A stretch of 64,000 nt of DNA, taken from the NCBI GenBank assembly GCA_037441385.1, contig JBBISH010000011.1:22830-86829 (forward strand). Direction: 5' to 3'. Position 1 is the stretch's first letter. Each line of letters starts with the position of its first letter. Below the pieces are notes generated by a model that searched no databases, was not told where the DNA came from, and saw only the letters and a list, made by a program, of their open reading frames with translations. Origin of the DNA: Myxococcales bacterium. GTDB lineage: Bacteria > Myxococcota_A > UBA9042. The position numbers were made by a program, and so were the translations under genes. Below are positions 36,776 through 46,816 of the stretch, piece after piece.

Positions 36776-38734
36776 ATGCGCCGGCCTCGCTGGGCGACGG
36801 GATGGATCCCGCTGGCGCTGCTGGCCTGTCTGGCGTGGTCCAAGCTGGCGCAGGCCGACGAGCCGGCGCAGGCGGTGCGGGACTGGCGGGCTCCGGCGGG
36901 CACACAAGTTACCGTTACTCCAGGCGATCCGGCTACCGTGTGGCTGCTGCGTGGGGACCAAAGTCTGCGAGTGCTGCTGGCGCGCAGGCCGACAGACGGT
37001 GTGCCGCACGGGGCCCATGCCCTGCCCTCGCTGATTTGGTTCACGGACCCGCGGCAACCGTCGCCCGACTGGCAGCCGGTGCTGGACAGCCTGGACCAGG
37101 CGCTAAGACGGACGGATCACGGACAGTTTCGCGATCGGGCGCATGCGCCGACGCCGCAACACGCGCCGCCACCGCCGTTGTTGCTTAGCCTGACCTGGCT
37201 GCTGCTGGCCCTGGCGGCGGTGGCTTTGCCGTGGGCCCTGTGGCGATCGCTACGGATCGTGCGCAATCACCTGTCTGCATGGGAGATCGCCGCGGGACTG
37301 GCCCTTGCCCTGCTGCCGCGGGTCTTTGCGCCCCACCGGATGGTGATGGTGCACTTTGGCTACCTGCACGTGGACCAAGCGCGCACATTGGCCGAGCTGC
37401 CGCGCTATGGGCCGGCGACGACGCTTCTGGACCACGCTTGGTTCGCGCTGGTGGGTGCGCACCACGCGGCCGTGCAGTGGCTTCACGTGGGCCTGGGCAC
37501 GTTGACGGTGTTGCCGATGGCCGCAATGGCGCTGCGCTTGGGCGGGCCGATTGCGGCGCGTTGGATGGCGGTGCTGGTGGCGTTGGCGCCGTTTTCTTGG
37601 CTGGATCACGGCTCGGAGTCGATGCTGGTGCCGGCGATGTTGGCGTGGTGGTCGGCGCTGGTCCTGCTGGAAGACTACCTGGTTTGGCGCAGTGGCTGGC
37701 TGCTGGGCCAGGCTGCGGTGCTGTTGGCGCTGACGGGCCTGTGTCGCCCCGATGCGCTGCTGATGGCGCTGCCCACGGCGGCTCTGGTGGTTTGGCCCGG
37801 CGTGGGCAGTCGCCGGCTCGCAGGGCCGCTGGCGGTGGCGGCGGTGGTGATCGGCCTGCTGTGGCTGCCGGACATCGCCTACCTGCAGGAACGCACTGCA
37901 GAAGACGTGGCGATGGGCAACCTACCGCGGTTGGCGGAGGGATTCGGCGATCTGCCGCGGCGGTTTCTGCACGGCTGGCTACCCCTGGACCCGCTTTGGT
38001 TCCCGGCGGGGGCGACGCTCCTGGCCACGTTGGGCCTGGCGATGGGCCACCGCGGTCCCGTGGTGCGCGTGTGGGCGGCCGCGTTGCTGTGGGCGCTGCC
38101 GATGTTCGTCGACTTCAACGACACGTCGAAACTGCGGCTCCACGCCCCGTCTGCCCTGTTGATTTTGCTGGCGGCAGCCCTGGTGACGGCGCGTGTGCAC
38201 GCCCAGACCGTGTCCCGGCTGGCGCTGTGGGTGGGTGGCGGGCTTTTGGCGGCCAGCGCCCTGTTCACGGCGCCGGCCGTGCTGGCACCGCAACTGTCCG
38301 ACGCCAGTGAGGAAGTGATGGCCCAGGCCGCCGCGCTGGCCCGCGATGGCAGGCCCACCGCGCTGGTGGTGCGCAGTTTTGTCGACGAACCGGCGCGCGG
38401 CGTGCACCTGTTCTGGCCCGACTACTTGCTGGAACCGGGCGACCGCTGGCTGTCCGTCCGCGACTGGCAAGCGGGGGCGTTGCGGCCTGGCGAGCAGGTC
38501 CTGGGGGTGGTCGACGTCCGCTGCTGGGCGCACCTGACCGAGCAGCGGCCGCAACTGGGCAACCACGGGCTGCACCCGGCGTGCCAGCGACTGCTCGAGG
38601 CGGGCGCCCCCGTCCTGTGGCGACAGGATGTGATCAATGTGGACGAGCGCGGGTTTGCGTGGTATGTGCCCGCTGCGGACGCGCCCACGTTCACTCAGCA
38701 GGTGCTGGGCCCGCTTCCCAATCCGCCGCGATAG
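36776..38734 (+). CDS. Polytopic membrane protein, possibly a GT-C fold glycosyltransferase
   Basis: More than 10 TM segments; 'SES', 'RPD' loop residues; soluble C-terminal domain. Confidence 0.5.
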   Translation: MRRPRWATGWIPLALLACLAWSKLAQADEPAQAVRDWRAPAGTQVTVTPGDPATVWLLRGDQSLRVLLARRPTDGVPHGAHALPSLIWFTDPRQPSPDWQPVLDSLDQALRRTDHGQFRDRAHAPTPQHAPPPPLLLSLTWLLLALAAVALPWALWRSLRIVRNHLSAWEIAAGLALALLPRVFAPHRMVMVHFGYLHVDQARTLAELPRYGPATTLLDHAWFALVGAHHAAVQWLHVGLGTLTVLPMAAMALRLGGPIAARWMAVLVALAPFSWLDHGSESMLVPAMLAWWSALVLLEDYLVWRSGWLLGQAAVLLALTGLCRPDALLMALPTAALVVWPGVGSRRLAGPLAVAAVVIGLLWLPDIAYLQERTAEDVAMGNLPRLAEGFGDLPRRFLHGWLPLDPLWFPAGATLLATLGLAMGHRGPVVRVWAAALLWALPMFVDFNDTSKLRLHAPSALLILLAAALVTARVHAQTVSRLALWVGGGLLAASALFTAPAVLAPQLSDASEEVMAQAAALARDGRPTALVVRSFVDEPARGVHLFWPDYLLEPGDRWLSVRDWQAGALRPGEQVLGVVDVRCWAHLTEQRPQLGNHGLHPACQRLLEAGAPVLWRQDVINVDERGFAWYVPAADAPTFTQQVLGPLPNPPR

Positions 38735-38739
38735 ACACC

Positions 38740-40245
38740 CTATTGGCAGGCGGTGCAGGTCGACCCGGCGCAGCTGGCGCCCTTGCCGCCGGCCGCCGTG
38801 CAGCAGTCGCCGCCGTTCATGCACTCCGCGTCGCACCAGCAGCCCAACGCCGTGTTCTGCTTGCCGCAGAAGCCGTCACAGGGGTGGGTCTTGCAGTCGC
38901 TGGCGCACGAGGTAGAGGTCTCGCCCGTTTCGCAGACGCCGTTGCCGCACTTGGGCGTCACCTGGCACTGGCCGGTGGCATCGACGCACTGGCTTCCAGT
39001 CGGGCAGACGCCGCAGTTGCCGCCGCAGCCATCGGGCCCGCACTTTTTGCCGGTGCAGGCCGGCGTGCAGGTGCAGTAGGTGGGGTAGTCCGCACAACAA
39101 TCGCCGTTTGACTTGCACAGCTTGTCGCAGTAGCAAATGGTGCCCTTGTCGTCAACGGCGGACAGACCGCAGCGCCCCTTGCAACCCGATGTGTTGACTG
39201 CACAATCAGCTGGGCAGCTCTTGAAGTTTTCGGTGATCGAGCAGGTGCCATCGCCGCACCCGGGCAGTGTGCTAGGGCAGTCTTTGGGGCACAGCGCGGT
39301 CGTCTCGCCATTTTCGCAGGTGCCATTGCCGCACACCGCCACGTTCTTGCAGTCTTTGGGGCAAGTTGCGGTGGTTTCCTTGGTGCTGCACTTGCCGTCG
39401 CCGCAGACATAGCCGGCCTTGGACACGCACACGTTGACGTAGTCGCCTTTGACGTTCTGCACTTCCGTGCAGGTCCAGTCCGTCGGGCACACGTCGATGC
39501 ACTCCTGTGGGCAGGTCTTCTTGTTGGACCCCGAGGTATGGCAGACCCCGATGCTACAATCCGCGTCGCCCGTGCAAACACACGCGGTGCCGCCCGGGCA
39601 CTGGTTGGCGCAGTCCTTGGTGCAGCTGGCGGCCGACTCGCCCGCCTCGCAGACGCCATTGCCGCACTTGGGATTGGGGCAATCGCCCAGGCAGTTCAGC
39701 GTGTTCTCGCCGATTTCGCATACACCGTTGCCGCAGACTGCGTTGGGGTCGACCAGGTCCGCCGCGGCCGCGTCGGCATCTGCGCCCCCAGCGGTATCGG
39801 GCTCGACCGTGTCGGCGGGCGCCACGCTGTCTTTGGCGGCCACGTCTGGCTCAGCGGTATCCGGGGGCGCGTCAGCGTCCGTCTGCCCGCTGGCGTCCTC
39901 GCTGCTTTTCAGGTCCGCGCCGGCGTCTTGGCCCCCGGTGGCGGTGCCCTTGCAGGTGCCTTGAATGGTGGGGCCGCTGACGATCTCGATGCAGTACTGC
40001 CCCGCCGGGCAGGCGATCACCAACTGCCAGGTGCTGGCCTCGCACGCCACGACGATGGCGCCCTCGGACGACTGGTAGCACGCCGTGCTGCCGGCAGCGT
40101 AGCTGCACGGTTGCCCCGGAGCGCCGCCCACGGGGGCCGGAGCGCCGCCGCTGGTGGTGCTGCTTCCGCATGCGGCCAAGGTCGCCGCGGCCAACACAGT
40201 GGCAAGCCGGAACGCCAGGGATCGGAATGGGTTGGCGAAGGGCAT
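38740..40245 (-). CDS. Cys-rich repeat lipoprotein with somatomedin-B-like domains
   Basis: Lipobox LAAC; six 'CG[ND]G.C...E....C..DC' repeats; 'CYCDKLCKSNGDCCADY' and 'CWCDAECMNGGDCC'. Confidence 0.8.
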   Translation of the reverse strand: MPFANPFRSLAFRLATVLAAATLAACGSSTTSGGAPAPVGGAPGQPCSYAAGSTACYQSSEGAIVVACEASTWQLVIACPAGQYCIEIVSGPTIQGTCKGTATGGQDAGADLKSSEDASGQTDADAPPDTAEPDVAAKDSVAPADTVEPDTAGGADADAAAADLVDPNAVCGNGVCEIGENTLNCLGDCPNPKCGNGVCEAGESAASCTKDCANQCPGGTACVCTGDADCSIGVCHTSGSNKKTCPQECIDVCPTDWTCTEVQNVKGDYVNVCVSKAGYVCGDGKCSTKETTATCPKDCKNVAVCGNGTCENGETTALCPKDCPSTLPGCGDGTCSITENFKSCPADCAVNTSGCKGRCGLSAVDDKGTICYCDKLCKSNGDCCADYPTYCTCTPACTGKKCGPDGCGGNCGVCPTGSQCVDATGQCQVTPKCGNGVCETGETSTSCASDCKTHPCDGFCGKQNTALGCWCDAECMNGGDCCTAAGGKGASCAGSTCTACQ

Positions 40246-40262
40246 AGCAGGCCAGCCTTGGG

Positions 40263-40799
40263 CTACTGGGTACGCCGGCAGCGGTTGTCGGTGCAGGCGG
40301 CGGCCGGTCCCAGCCAACTAGCGGGGCACGCGGCAGAACCGGCGCAGGCCACGGTCAGGCAAGCCTCGCCGCCACACAGGCCGCTTTCGCAGCCATTGTC
40401 GGTCGTTCCGGTGCACACCGCCGCCATGTCGGCCACGACATCCACGTGCGACTGCACTTGCGAGGTCTTGCCGTGATCGTCTTGCACCGCCAGCAGGATG
40501 TCGTACGACCCCGGCGAGTCGAACACGTGGGTCCACTCGGGCGCGCCGGTCTCGTAGACTGGAGTCCCGTCCGAAACTTCAAAACGGTAGCGGGCAATGC
40601 GTGCACTCAGGTCCGGCCGGTTCGCCACCAGCGCCACCGCGGTGGGCGCCGCCGACATGACGAGCGTCTGGCCAACCCGCACCGTCTGCGGATGGGCCAG
40701 CCCGGCGACCGGCGCCGGCAGCTCGACCACAAGCTCGCTGTCTTGGCAGGCGATCAAGCTTGCCGCGATCGCCAGAATGCCTGCGCTACGCCACCACAT
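40263..40799 (-). CDS. PKD-domain lipoprotein with a Cys-rich tail
   Basis: Lipobox LIAC; 'Y.FEVSDGT...THVFDSPGSY...VQDDHG'. Confidence 0.7.
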   Translation of the reverse strand: MWWRSAGILAIAASLIACQDSELVVELPAPVAGLAHPQTVRVGQTLVMSAAPTAVALVANRPDLSARIARYRFEVSDGTPVYETGAPEWTHVFDSPGSYDILLAVQDDHGKTSQVQSHVDVVADMAAVCTGTTDNGCESGLCGGEACLTVACAGSAACPASWLGPAAACTDNRCRRTQ

Positions 40800-42120
40800 G
40801 ACCCACCACATCGTGTTCGCCGGCCTCGGTGACGTGCACCTGCCGGAACTGCCCGCGGCCAATGTCGCGCGGGGCGTCGTTGATGTAGACCACGCCGTCG
40901 ATCTCGGGCGCCTGACCGGGCAGGCGGCCCTGCAGCAGCAGGTCGGTCTCGTCGCTCAACCCCTCGACCAAGACCTCGAATTCGCGGCCGACGTAGCCCT
41001 GCAGGATTTCGGCAGAAATCTGCTGTTGCACCGCCATCACCTCGTCGCGCCGCGCCGTCTTGACCGCGGTGGGCACTTGATTGCCCAGCCTGGCAGACAG
41101 CGTACCCTCCTCGCGCGAATAGGCAAAACAACCGACGCGGTGGAAGCGCTGCTCGCGCACGAAATCCAAAAGTTGACGATAATCGGCCTCGCCCTCGCCC
41201 GGGTGCCCGACCAGCAGCGTGGTGCGCAAGGTCAAGCCCGGAATTTCCTTGCGCATCTTGGCCAGCAGCGCTTCCATCTCGCTGCGCTGGACCCGCCGCT
41301 TCATCGCCGCCAGCACCCGATCCGACGCGTGCTGGATCGGCATGTCCACGTACTTGACGCAGTTGCCCGTCTCAGCGATAGCCGCTATCAGATCGTCCGT
41401 AAAGTTATGGGGATACGCGTACAACAGCCGTACCCAATGCAGTCCGTCCACGCGGCCCAAGGCCCGCACCAGCTTGGCCAGCGCGTCCGGATCGCCGATG
41501 TCGGCGCCGTAATGAGTCAAGTCCTGGGCCACCAAGTTGATTTCGCCGACGCCGCGCTCGACCAACTGCCGGGCCTCGGCCACGCAATCGTCCACGGTCC
41601 GCGACCGCTGCACGCCGCGCAACTTGGGGATGATGCAGAACGCGCACGCCTGATCGCAGCCCTCGGCAATCTTCAGGTAGGTCGAAAAGCTGGCCGGAGC
41701 CGTCCAGCGCGGCTCCAGATGGTCGGCGATGTAGGCCGGCCGCGGCCGCTTGCTGGTCCCCGTGCGCGTCACGCTGCCCAGCCGCTGCAGCAGTTCCTGG
41801 TACTCGCCGGTGCCCACAAAGGCGTCGACTTCGGGCATTTCTTTGGCCAGATCGTCGGCATGGCGTTGCGCCAGGCAGCCGGCTACCACCAGCTTGGCCT
41901 CGGGCCGGGCCTGCTTGAGCTCGGCCAGGTCCAGGATCGCGTCGATGCTCTCGGCCTTGCTTTCGTCAATGAATGCACAGGTATTGACGATCATCACGTC
42001 GGCGCGCTCGGGCTCGGCGACGATCTCCCAGCCATCGCGCTGCAGCTGACCCAGCATCAGCTCGCTGTCTACGCGGTTCTTGGGGCAACCCAGGCTGGTC
42101 AGGTGAACGGTACGCGACAT
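40786..42120 (-). CDS. rimO: Ribosomal protein S12 methylthiotransferase
   Basis: 'SLGCPKNRVDSE', 'NTCAFI', radical SAM 'EGCDQACAFCIIP', C-terminal TRAM with 'APEIDG'. Confidence 0.96.
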   Translation of the reverse strand: MSRTVHLTSLGCPKNRVDSELMLGQLQRDGWEIVAEPERADVMIVNTCAFIDESKAESIDAILDLAELKQARPEAKLVVAGCLAQRHADDLAKEMPEVDAFVGTGEYQELLQRLGSVTRTGTSKRPRPAYIADHLEPRWTAPASFSTYLKIAEGCDQACAFCIIPKLRGVQRSRTVDDCVAEARQLVERGVGEINLVAQDLTHYGADIGDPDALAKLVRALGRVDGLHWVRLLYAYPHNFTDDLIAAIAETGNCVKYVDMPIQHASDRVLAAMKRRVQRSEMEALLAKMRKEIPGLTLRTTLLVGHPGEGEADYRQLLDFVREQRFHRVGCFAYSREEGTLSARLGNQVPTAVKTARRDEVMAVQQQISAEILQGYVGREFEVLVEGLSDETDLLLQGRLPGQAPEIDGVVYINDAPRDIGRGQFRQVHVTEAGEHDVVGHVVA

Positions 42121-42178
42121 ACTCTCCTTGTACTCGTGCAAATTCCGCGGGCCAGGCTGATCCGCTAGGGCGGCCAGT

Positions 42179-44155
42179 CTAGAACGGCTCGACCTCGGTG
42201 CCGACCGTGTCGACAAAGGCATCCACGTCATCGCTGTCGATGCGGCCGTCGGCCGTCAAGTCGTACAGCTCGTTCCAACTGGTATCGGCAAAGAAATGCT
42301 CGGTCCCCTTCTTGCTGGTCACGACCACACCGCGGCCGTGGCGCAAGGCCAGCTCGACCAAGTCGGCGCCGTCGGCCAAGCCAGACAGGTTGAAGTCGCC
42401 CGGCGTGCCGACCGCAAACTGGCGAATCAGCGTGCGCTGCACGTCAAAGCGGACGCGCACGGGCCACGCCGTCAGCGGCAACTCGGTCACAAAGTCGGCC
42501 TTGGCATTGACATCCACCTTGACCACGTCGGTCTTGCCACCGCGGTAGTCGATGCTAACAGGCACGACGAAGCGCAGGGCCTTCTCGGGTTGGGTCACGT
42601 GCAGACGCAGCACCGGCTTGCTGTCGACCTCGACCACTTGGCCACGCAACTCAGCGTGAATGTAAAACTTCTTGGTGAACCACTGGCTAAAGAACCAACC
42701 AAGGTCGGTCCCCGAGGCAGCCTCCATGGCCGCGCGCAAGTCATCGATCCGGGCGAAATCGCGACCAAAATCCGTGGCGTACTTGGCCAGGCCCTTGGCC
42801 ATCACGTCGTCGCCCACCGTGTGCCGCAGCATGTCCAGGACTGCGGCGCCCTTGTAGTACACGATCTGCACGTAGTACTCGGACTGCGTCACGCCCTGCG
42901 TGCCCAGCGCCAGGTCGCTTTTGGCCGGGACCTGGTACATGTAGCTGATGTTGTCGCGGATGACCTGCGAGCGATTGCCCAGCTTCGCCTCGGTGTAGAA
43001 GCACGACGAGTACTCGGCCAACGATTCGGACAAGGCGACGTCGGCGTTCGTTTGGGGCGCGACCAAGTTGCCCCACCACTGATGCGCGTACTCGTGCGCC
43101 GCGAGTTCGACCACGCTCTGCCATCCGCTGTCGCCCGGCACGCCCGTGAACTCGTCGCGCAGCATGAACACGCCGGACAACGGCGAGTAGCCACCGCCAA
43201 AGTCGTTTTCGACTTGGATGATGTTCAGGCTGGCCCACGGAAACGGCACGAATAACTTGCCGTAGAAGCCGATCACGTCGATCGCCATGTCGCGCATCGC
43301 AGGCAAGTACTTGGAATAGCCCGCCGTACCGTACACGTGCACCGGCACACCGGTGTCCAACGTGCCTTCGACGGGCTGGTACGGCGCCAGGGCAAAGCCG
43401 GCGTTGTCCGTGCGCTCGGGTTGGTGGAAGGTGGTGACGACCCGCCCGTCGGGCAACGTTGACGTGCCGACCAGGCCACCGGGCGCGGCCGCCACTTGGC
43501 CGCTGGGCGTCACCACGTGCAACTCGCTGGTAAAGGGCGAATGCATCGCCTCGCCGTTGCTCACGTAGTAGTCAAAGAACGCGACGTAGTTGAACACGCT
43601 CCCCAAACCGCAGGGGTGCAGGCCGATGCCCACTGCGCCACACTCCAGGGTTGCCTCGGCGTCCAGGTGCAGCTGAGCCGCGGTGTCCGGGGTGAGTGGT
43701 TCGGGCAAGGCGACCTGTAGCATGGAATACGTTGAAACTGCTTGATTCTGCACCGGGATATCCACCCCGGCCAGCTTGACTTGGGCCGAGTCCACGCCGC
43801 CCATCAGCATCGACAGGTTCGTGGTCTTCTCGTGCGCCAAAATGTCGACGACGATGGCGATCTTTAGCTTGGAATTGGCCGGCTGCAGCTCGACGGTGAT
43901 GTCTTGGTGGGTGATCTCCCACGCGGCCGGCGCCAGGTTCTGGAAGTTGGCGGCCAGCCACGAATTGGCGAGCGCAGGCGGTGAGGGCCGCTGCGGACGA
44001 TTCGCTTCGGCCTGGTGATGCGCCTGGGCGGCGGCGGCCGCCGAGCCCGGCAAGGGCTGCAAACCGGGCGTCTGGTACCAAGTTCCGGCCAAAGCCGGCG
44101 CGGCGGCCAGGCTGGCAAGCGTGACCAAGGGCAGCCAGTGTAGGGGCGTGCGCAT
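42179..44155 (-). CDS. Secreted M1-family aminopeptidase with a C-terminal dockerin-like EF-hand pair
   Basis: 'HEYAHQWWG', 'LSESLAEY', 'YYKGA'; 'GDFNLSGLADGADL' and 'DLTADGRIDSDDV'; signal peptide. Confidence 0.88.
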   Translation of the reverse strand: MRTPLHWLPLVTLASLAAAPALAGTWYQTPGLQPLPGSAAAAAQAHHQAEANRPQRPSPPALANSWLAANFQNLAPAAWEITHQDITVELQPANSKLKIAIVVDILAHEKTTNLSMLMGGVDSAQVKLAGVDIPVQNQAVSTYSMLQVALPEPLTPDTAAQLHLDAEATLECGAVGIGLHPCGLGSVFNYVAFFDYYVSNGEAMHSPFTSELHVVTPSGQVAAAPGGLVGTSTLPDGRVVTTFHQPERTDNAGFALAPYQPVEGTLDTGVPVHVYGTAGYSKYLPAMRDMAIDVIGFYGKLFVPFPWASLNIIQVENDFGGGYSPLSGVFMLRDEFTGVPGDSGWQSVVELAAHEYAHQWWGNLVAPQTNADVALSESLAEYSSCFYTEAKLGNRSQVIRDNISYMYQVPAKSDLALGTQGVTQSEYYVQIVYYKGAAVLDMLRHTVGDDVMAKGLAKYATDFGRDFARIDDLRAAMEAASGTDLGWFFSQWFTKKFYIHAELRGQVVEVDSKPVLRLHVTQPEKALRFVVPVSIDYRGGKTDVVKVDVNAKADFVTELPLTAWPVRVRFDVQRTLIRQFAVGTPGDFNLSGLADGADLVELALRHGRGVVVTSKKGTEHFFADTSWNELYDLTADGRIDSDDVDAFVDTVGTEVEPF

Positions 44156-44826
44156 CACGGCACCCCCGCAGTCGCGGTCATGACGGCCGCTGGAACGTCG
44201 ATCTTGGCGCCGTGCCACTCGGCCGCCACCTCGGTCCCGTCTTCAGAGCGCAGCAAGGTCGAGCGGGGATCGAACCCGAGCGTGCTGGCACCCGCCCTGA
44301 GCGGCGCGAACTCCAGCTTGACCCAAGCCTCGCGGGTCACAGCGGCGCCCGTTGGAGCGATCCATGGCAGCGGGTTGGTGGCAAACCGGGCGCTGCCCAG
44401 GATCACCCGGCCGGGCATGGCGTCGTTGTACACCGCACGGGTCTTGTTCGCGCCCGGAACGCCCTTGCCCTGCGCTACCGCGAGCACTTCGCCCTTGACC
44501 AGTTGCAGCGCCTCGGGGTCATAGCGGAGATGCGCAGCGAGACCGAGCAAGTTCTTGATGCCGCCGATCCACACCGTCACGACCACGTGCCGACTGCTGG
44601 GCTCCCATACGCCGGCCATCTCGACATAGGGGTCGGCAGCATGTGGTTCTGCCACGATCGCGACCGCTGGTCCCGCGTTGGTGTCCGCCGCGATCACCGT
44701 GTCGCTGCCGGTGGCGTTGGCGTCTGCAGCAGGGGCGCCCGCCGTCACAGCGTCGTCCGAACACGCAGAAACCAGCACGATTACAGGGACAATCCACAGA
44801 AACAGCGAGGGGAGTCGCGAGTGCAT
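44155..44826 (-). CDS. Cohesin-like domain lipoprotein
   Basis: Lipobox VSAC; 'V.V.IGGIKNLLGLAAHLRYDPEALQLV', 'GRVILG', 'LEF....G...L.F'; TGATG coupling to the peptidase. Confidence 0.7.
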   Translation of the reverse strand: MHSRLPSLFLWIVPVIVLVSACSDDAVTAGAPAADANATGSDTVIAADTNAGPAVAIVAEPHAADPYVEMAGVWEPSSRHVVVTVWIGGIKNLLGLAAHLRYDPEALQLVKGEVLAVAQGKGVPGANKTRAVYNDAMPGRVILGSARFATNPLPWIAPTGAAVTREAWVKLEFAPLRAGASTLGFDPRSTLLRSEDGTEVAAEWHGAKIDVPAAVMTATAGVP

Positions 44827-44958
44827 CTCGGCCTTGGGTCCGAGCGCGCGGGCTCGGCAACGGAACGGAGTAGTGTACCGGTGCGACCGGCGCCCGGCAA
44901 ACGCTTTTTGCCGTGAACCTTGGCGCGGTGCGTGGCAACCTATTGGCAAGAGTGGCCC

Positions 44959-45612
44959 ATGCAGCGGCCACCGGCGAGCGCAAAGATGCTGACCATGGCC
45001 CCGGTAGGAACCGACGAGCGCGCAGATGCCGATGCGGCAGACCTGGCGCTGGTCACGGCCTATCAACGTGGCAACGGCAACGCGCTGGCCGAGCTGTATC
45101 GCCGCCACGGCCGCCGGGTCGAGTCGGTCGCGCGCAACCTGACGGGGCCCTCGTCCGAGCTAGAAGACGTCGTGCAAGACGTGTTCATCGAGCTGCAGAA
45201 GGCCTTGTTCAACTTCCGCGGCGAGGCTCGTTTTACCACCTGGCTGCACCGCATCACCATCAATGTCACGCTGATGCACCTGCGCCGCAACCGCCGCAAA
45301 GGCTGGCTGCGCTGGGTGGGGCTGGATCAAACGGCCGAGGCGAGCAAGGCCCACTTTGGGGCCGAGAGCCGCATCGAGGCGCGGGATCTGTGCAAGCAAC
45401 TTTACGATATCTTGGGTAAATTGCCGGAAAAGAAGGTTCTGGTCTTTGCGTTGTACGAACTCGAAGGCATGAGCCTGGAAGAGATCGCGAGCACGCTGGA
45501 CATAGGCATCAACACCGTCAAGTCGCGGCTTTTCCATGCCCGGCGCGACGTGTACGAGATGGCGCGCGAGCGCGGCGCACTGCCGGCCCACGCCCTGCAG
45601 GTGATCAAATGA
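44959..45612 (+). CDS. ECF RNA polymerase sigma factor
   Basis: 'EDVVQDVF', 'FTTWLHRI..N', region 4 'EIA......NTVKSRLFHAR'; start uncertain. Confidence 0.93.
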   Translation: MQRPPASAKMLTMAPVGTDERADADAADLALVTAYQRGNGNALAELYRRHGRRVESVARNLTGPSSELEDVVQDVFIELQKALFNFRGEARFTTWLHRITINVTLMHLRRNRRKGWLRWVGLDQTAEASKAHFGAESRIEARDLCKQLYDILGKLPEKKVLVFALYELEGMSLEEIASTLDIGINTVKSRLFHARRDVYEMARERGALPAHALQVIK

Positions 45613-46727
45613 CTTCGGCCACCACCACCATGGCGGCGTGCCCCAGCCGCGAGCAATGGCTCAATTGGGTGCTGGACGGTTCGGTTGAACTGGGCCAAGC
45701 CGAGCAAACGCAACATCTGACGGCGTGCGCCGCGTGTGCCGCTGAAGTGAGTGATATTCGGCGCTTCCAGGGGCTACTGCAGCGCGGCCGGGCGCCGGCT
45801 CTGACGGCCGAGCAGCGGCAGAGTCTGGACGAGCGGATCCGTCTGCAGGCCGGCGTGTGGGAGCGTCCGAGCCGCATGGCGCCGTGGCTGGTGTGGGGCA
45901 CGGCGCTGGCGGCGGCCACGGCGGTGGCCCTGATCGTGGCGCGGCCGTTCCACGATGGCGATCGCCCGGTGCCGTCGGCGTCGGCCGTGGCCGCATCCGA
46001 GCACTGGCACGCGGAAGTCGAGGGGCGCGTGGAGTTTGCCCGCGCCGATGGGCACTGGCAGGCTGCGGACCGCACCGTGGAACTGGTGCCTGGGTTGCGG
46101 GTTCGCTCTGCGGCGGGCGCGCGCCTGACCGTAGCGCACCACTTCGAGGCGGCGATCAACCCAGGTTCCGAGTTCGACGTGGTGGGTTTGGGCGCCCAGC
46201 ACACCGACCTTCGCGTCCGGCATGGCGAAGTCGAGTGGCAGGTCGCCAAGCAGCGGCCCGGCCAACGCTTTGCAGTGATGTTCGGCGGTTTCCGCGCCAG
46301 CGTGGTCGGTACGCGGTTCTGGGTGCGTCAAAGCAGCGACGGCAGCGACGGGCAAGTGCAGGTGAGCGAGGGGGCCGTGCGGGTCGACGCGGCGGACGAG
46401 CCGACTTCGCCGATGGCCGAGACCACGATGGTGGTGCGGGCGGGCCAGCGTTGGCGGCACAGCGGCGGCGTGATGCTGCTTGAACCCAGCCAGGCCGTAG
46501 CGGCGCCGCGGGCCCCAACGCCCCACAGCGTGGACGCGGAACCAGTGGCGATAGAGGCGGCAGAACCCGCACGGATCGAGAGCACGACGCCACATCCGCA
46601 AGCGCGCACCAAGCCCAAGGCGGCGCGGGTCGAAGGCGACGCCGATCGCCAGATCCTCATCGAGGTGCCACCGCAGACGATGCCGCCACCCGAGCCCGCT
46701 CTGGACGGCAATTCGCGCCAGCCCTAG
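45609..46727 (+). CDS. Anti-sigma factor: ZAS zinc motif, TM helix and FecR domain
   Basis: ATGA coupling; 'HLTACAAC'; 'VVGTRFWV', 'VQVSEGAVRV'. Confidence 0.85.
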   Translation: MTSATTTMAACPSREQWLNWVLDGSVELGQAEQTQHLTACAACAAEVSDIRRFQGLLQRGRAPALTAEQRQSLDERIRLQAGVWERPSRMAPWLVWGTALAAATAVALIVARPFHDGDRPVPSASAVAASEHWHAEVEGRVEFARADGHWQAADRTVELVPGLRVRSAAGARLTVAHHFEAAINPGSEFDVVGLGAQHTDLRVRHGEVEWQVAKQRPGQRFAVMFGGFRASVVGTRFWVRQSSDGSDGQVQVSEGAVRVDAADEPTSPMAETTMVVRAGQRWRHSGGVMLLEPSQAVAAPRAPTPHSVDAEPVAIEAAEPARIESTTPHPQARTKPKAARVEGDADRQILIEVPPQTMPPPEPALDGNSRQP

Positions 46728-46768
46728 CGTAGCCCCAGGAACTCAAGGAGTCGAAACGGGATTCAAGC

Positions 46769-46798
46769 CCGTAGGCGCGCTGGTCCGGCCCCTACGGC
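46769..46798. terminator. Hairpin between convergent genes, possible terminator
   Basis: ccgtagg...cctacgg inverted repeat; no U-tract. Confidence 0.3.
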
Positions 46799-46816
46799 GC
46801 GTGGCGAACGAAATCG

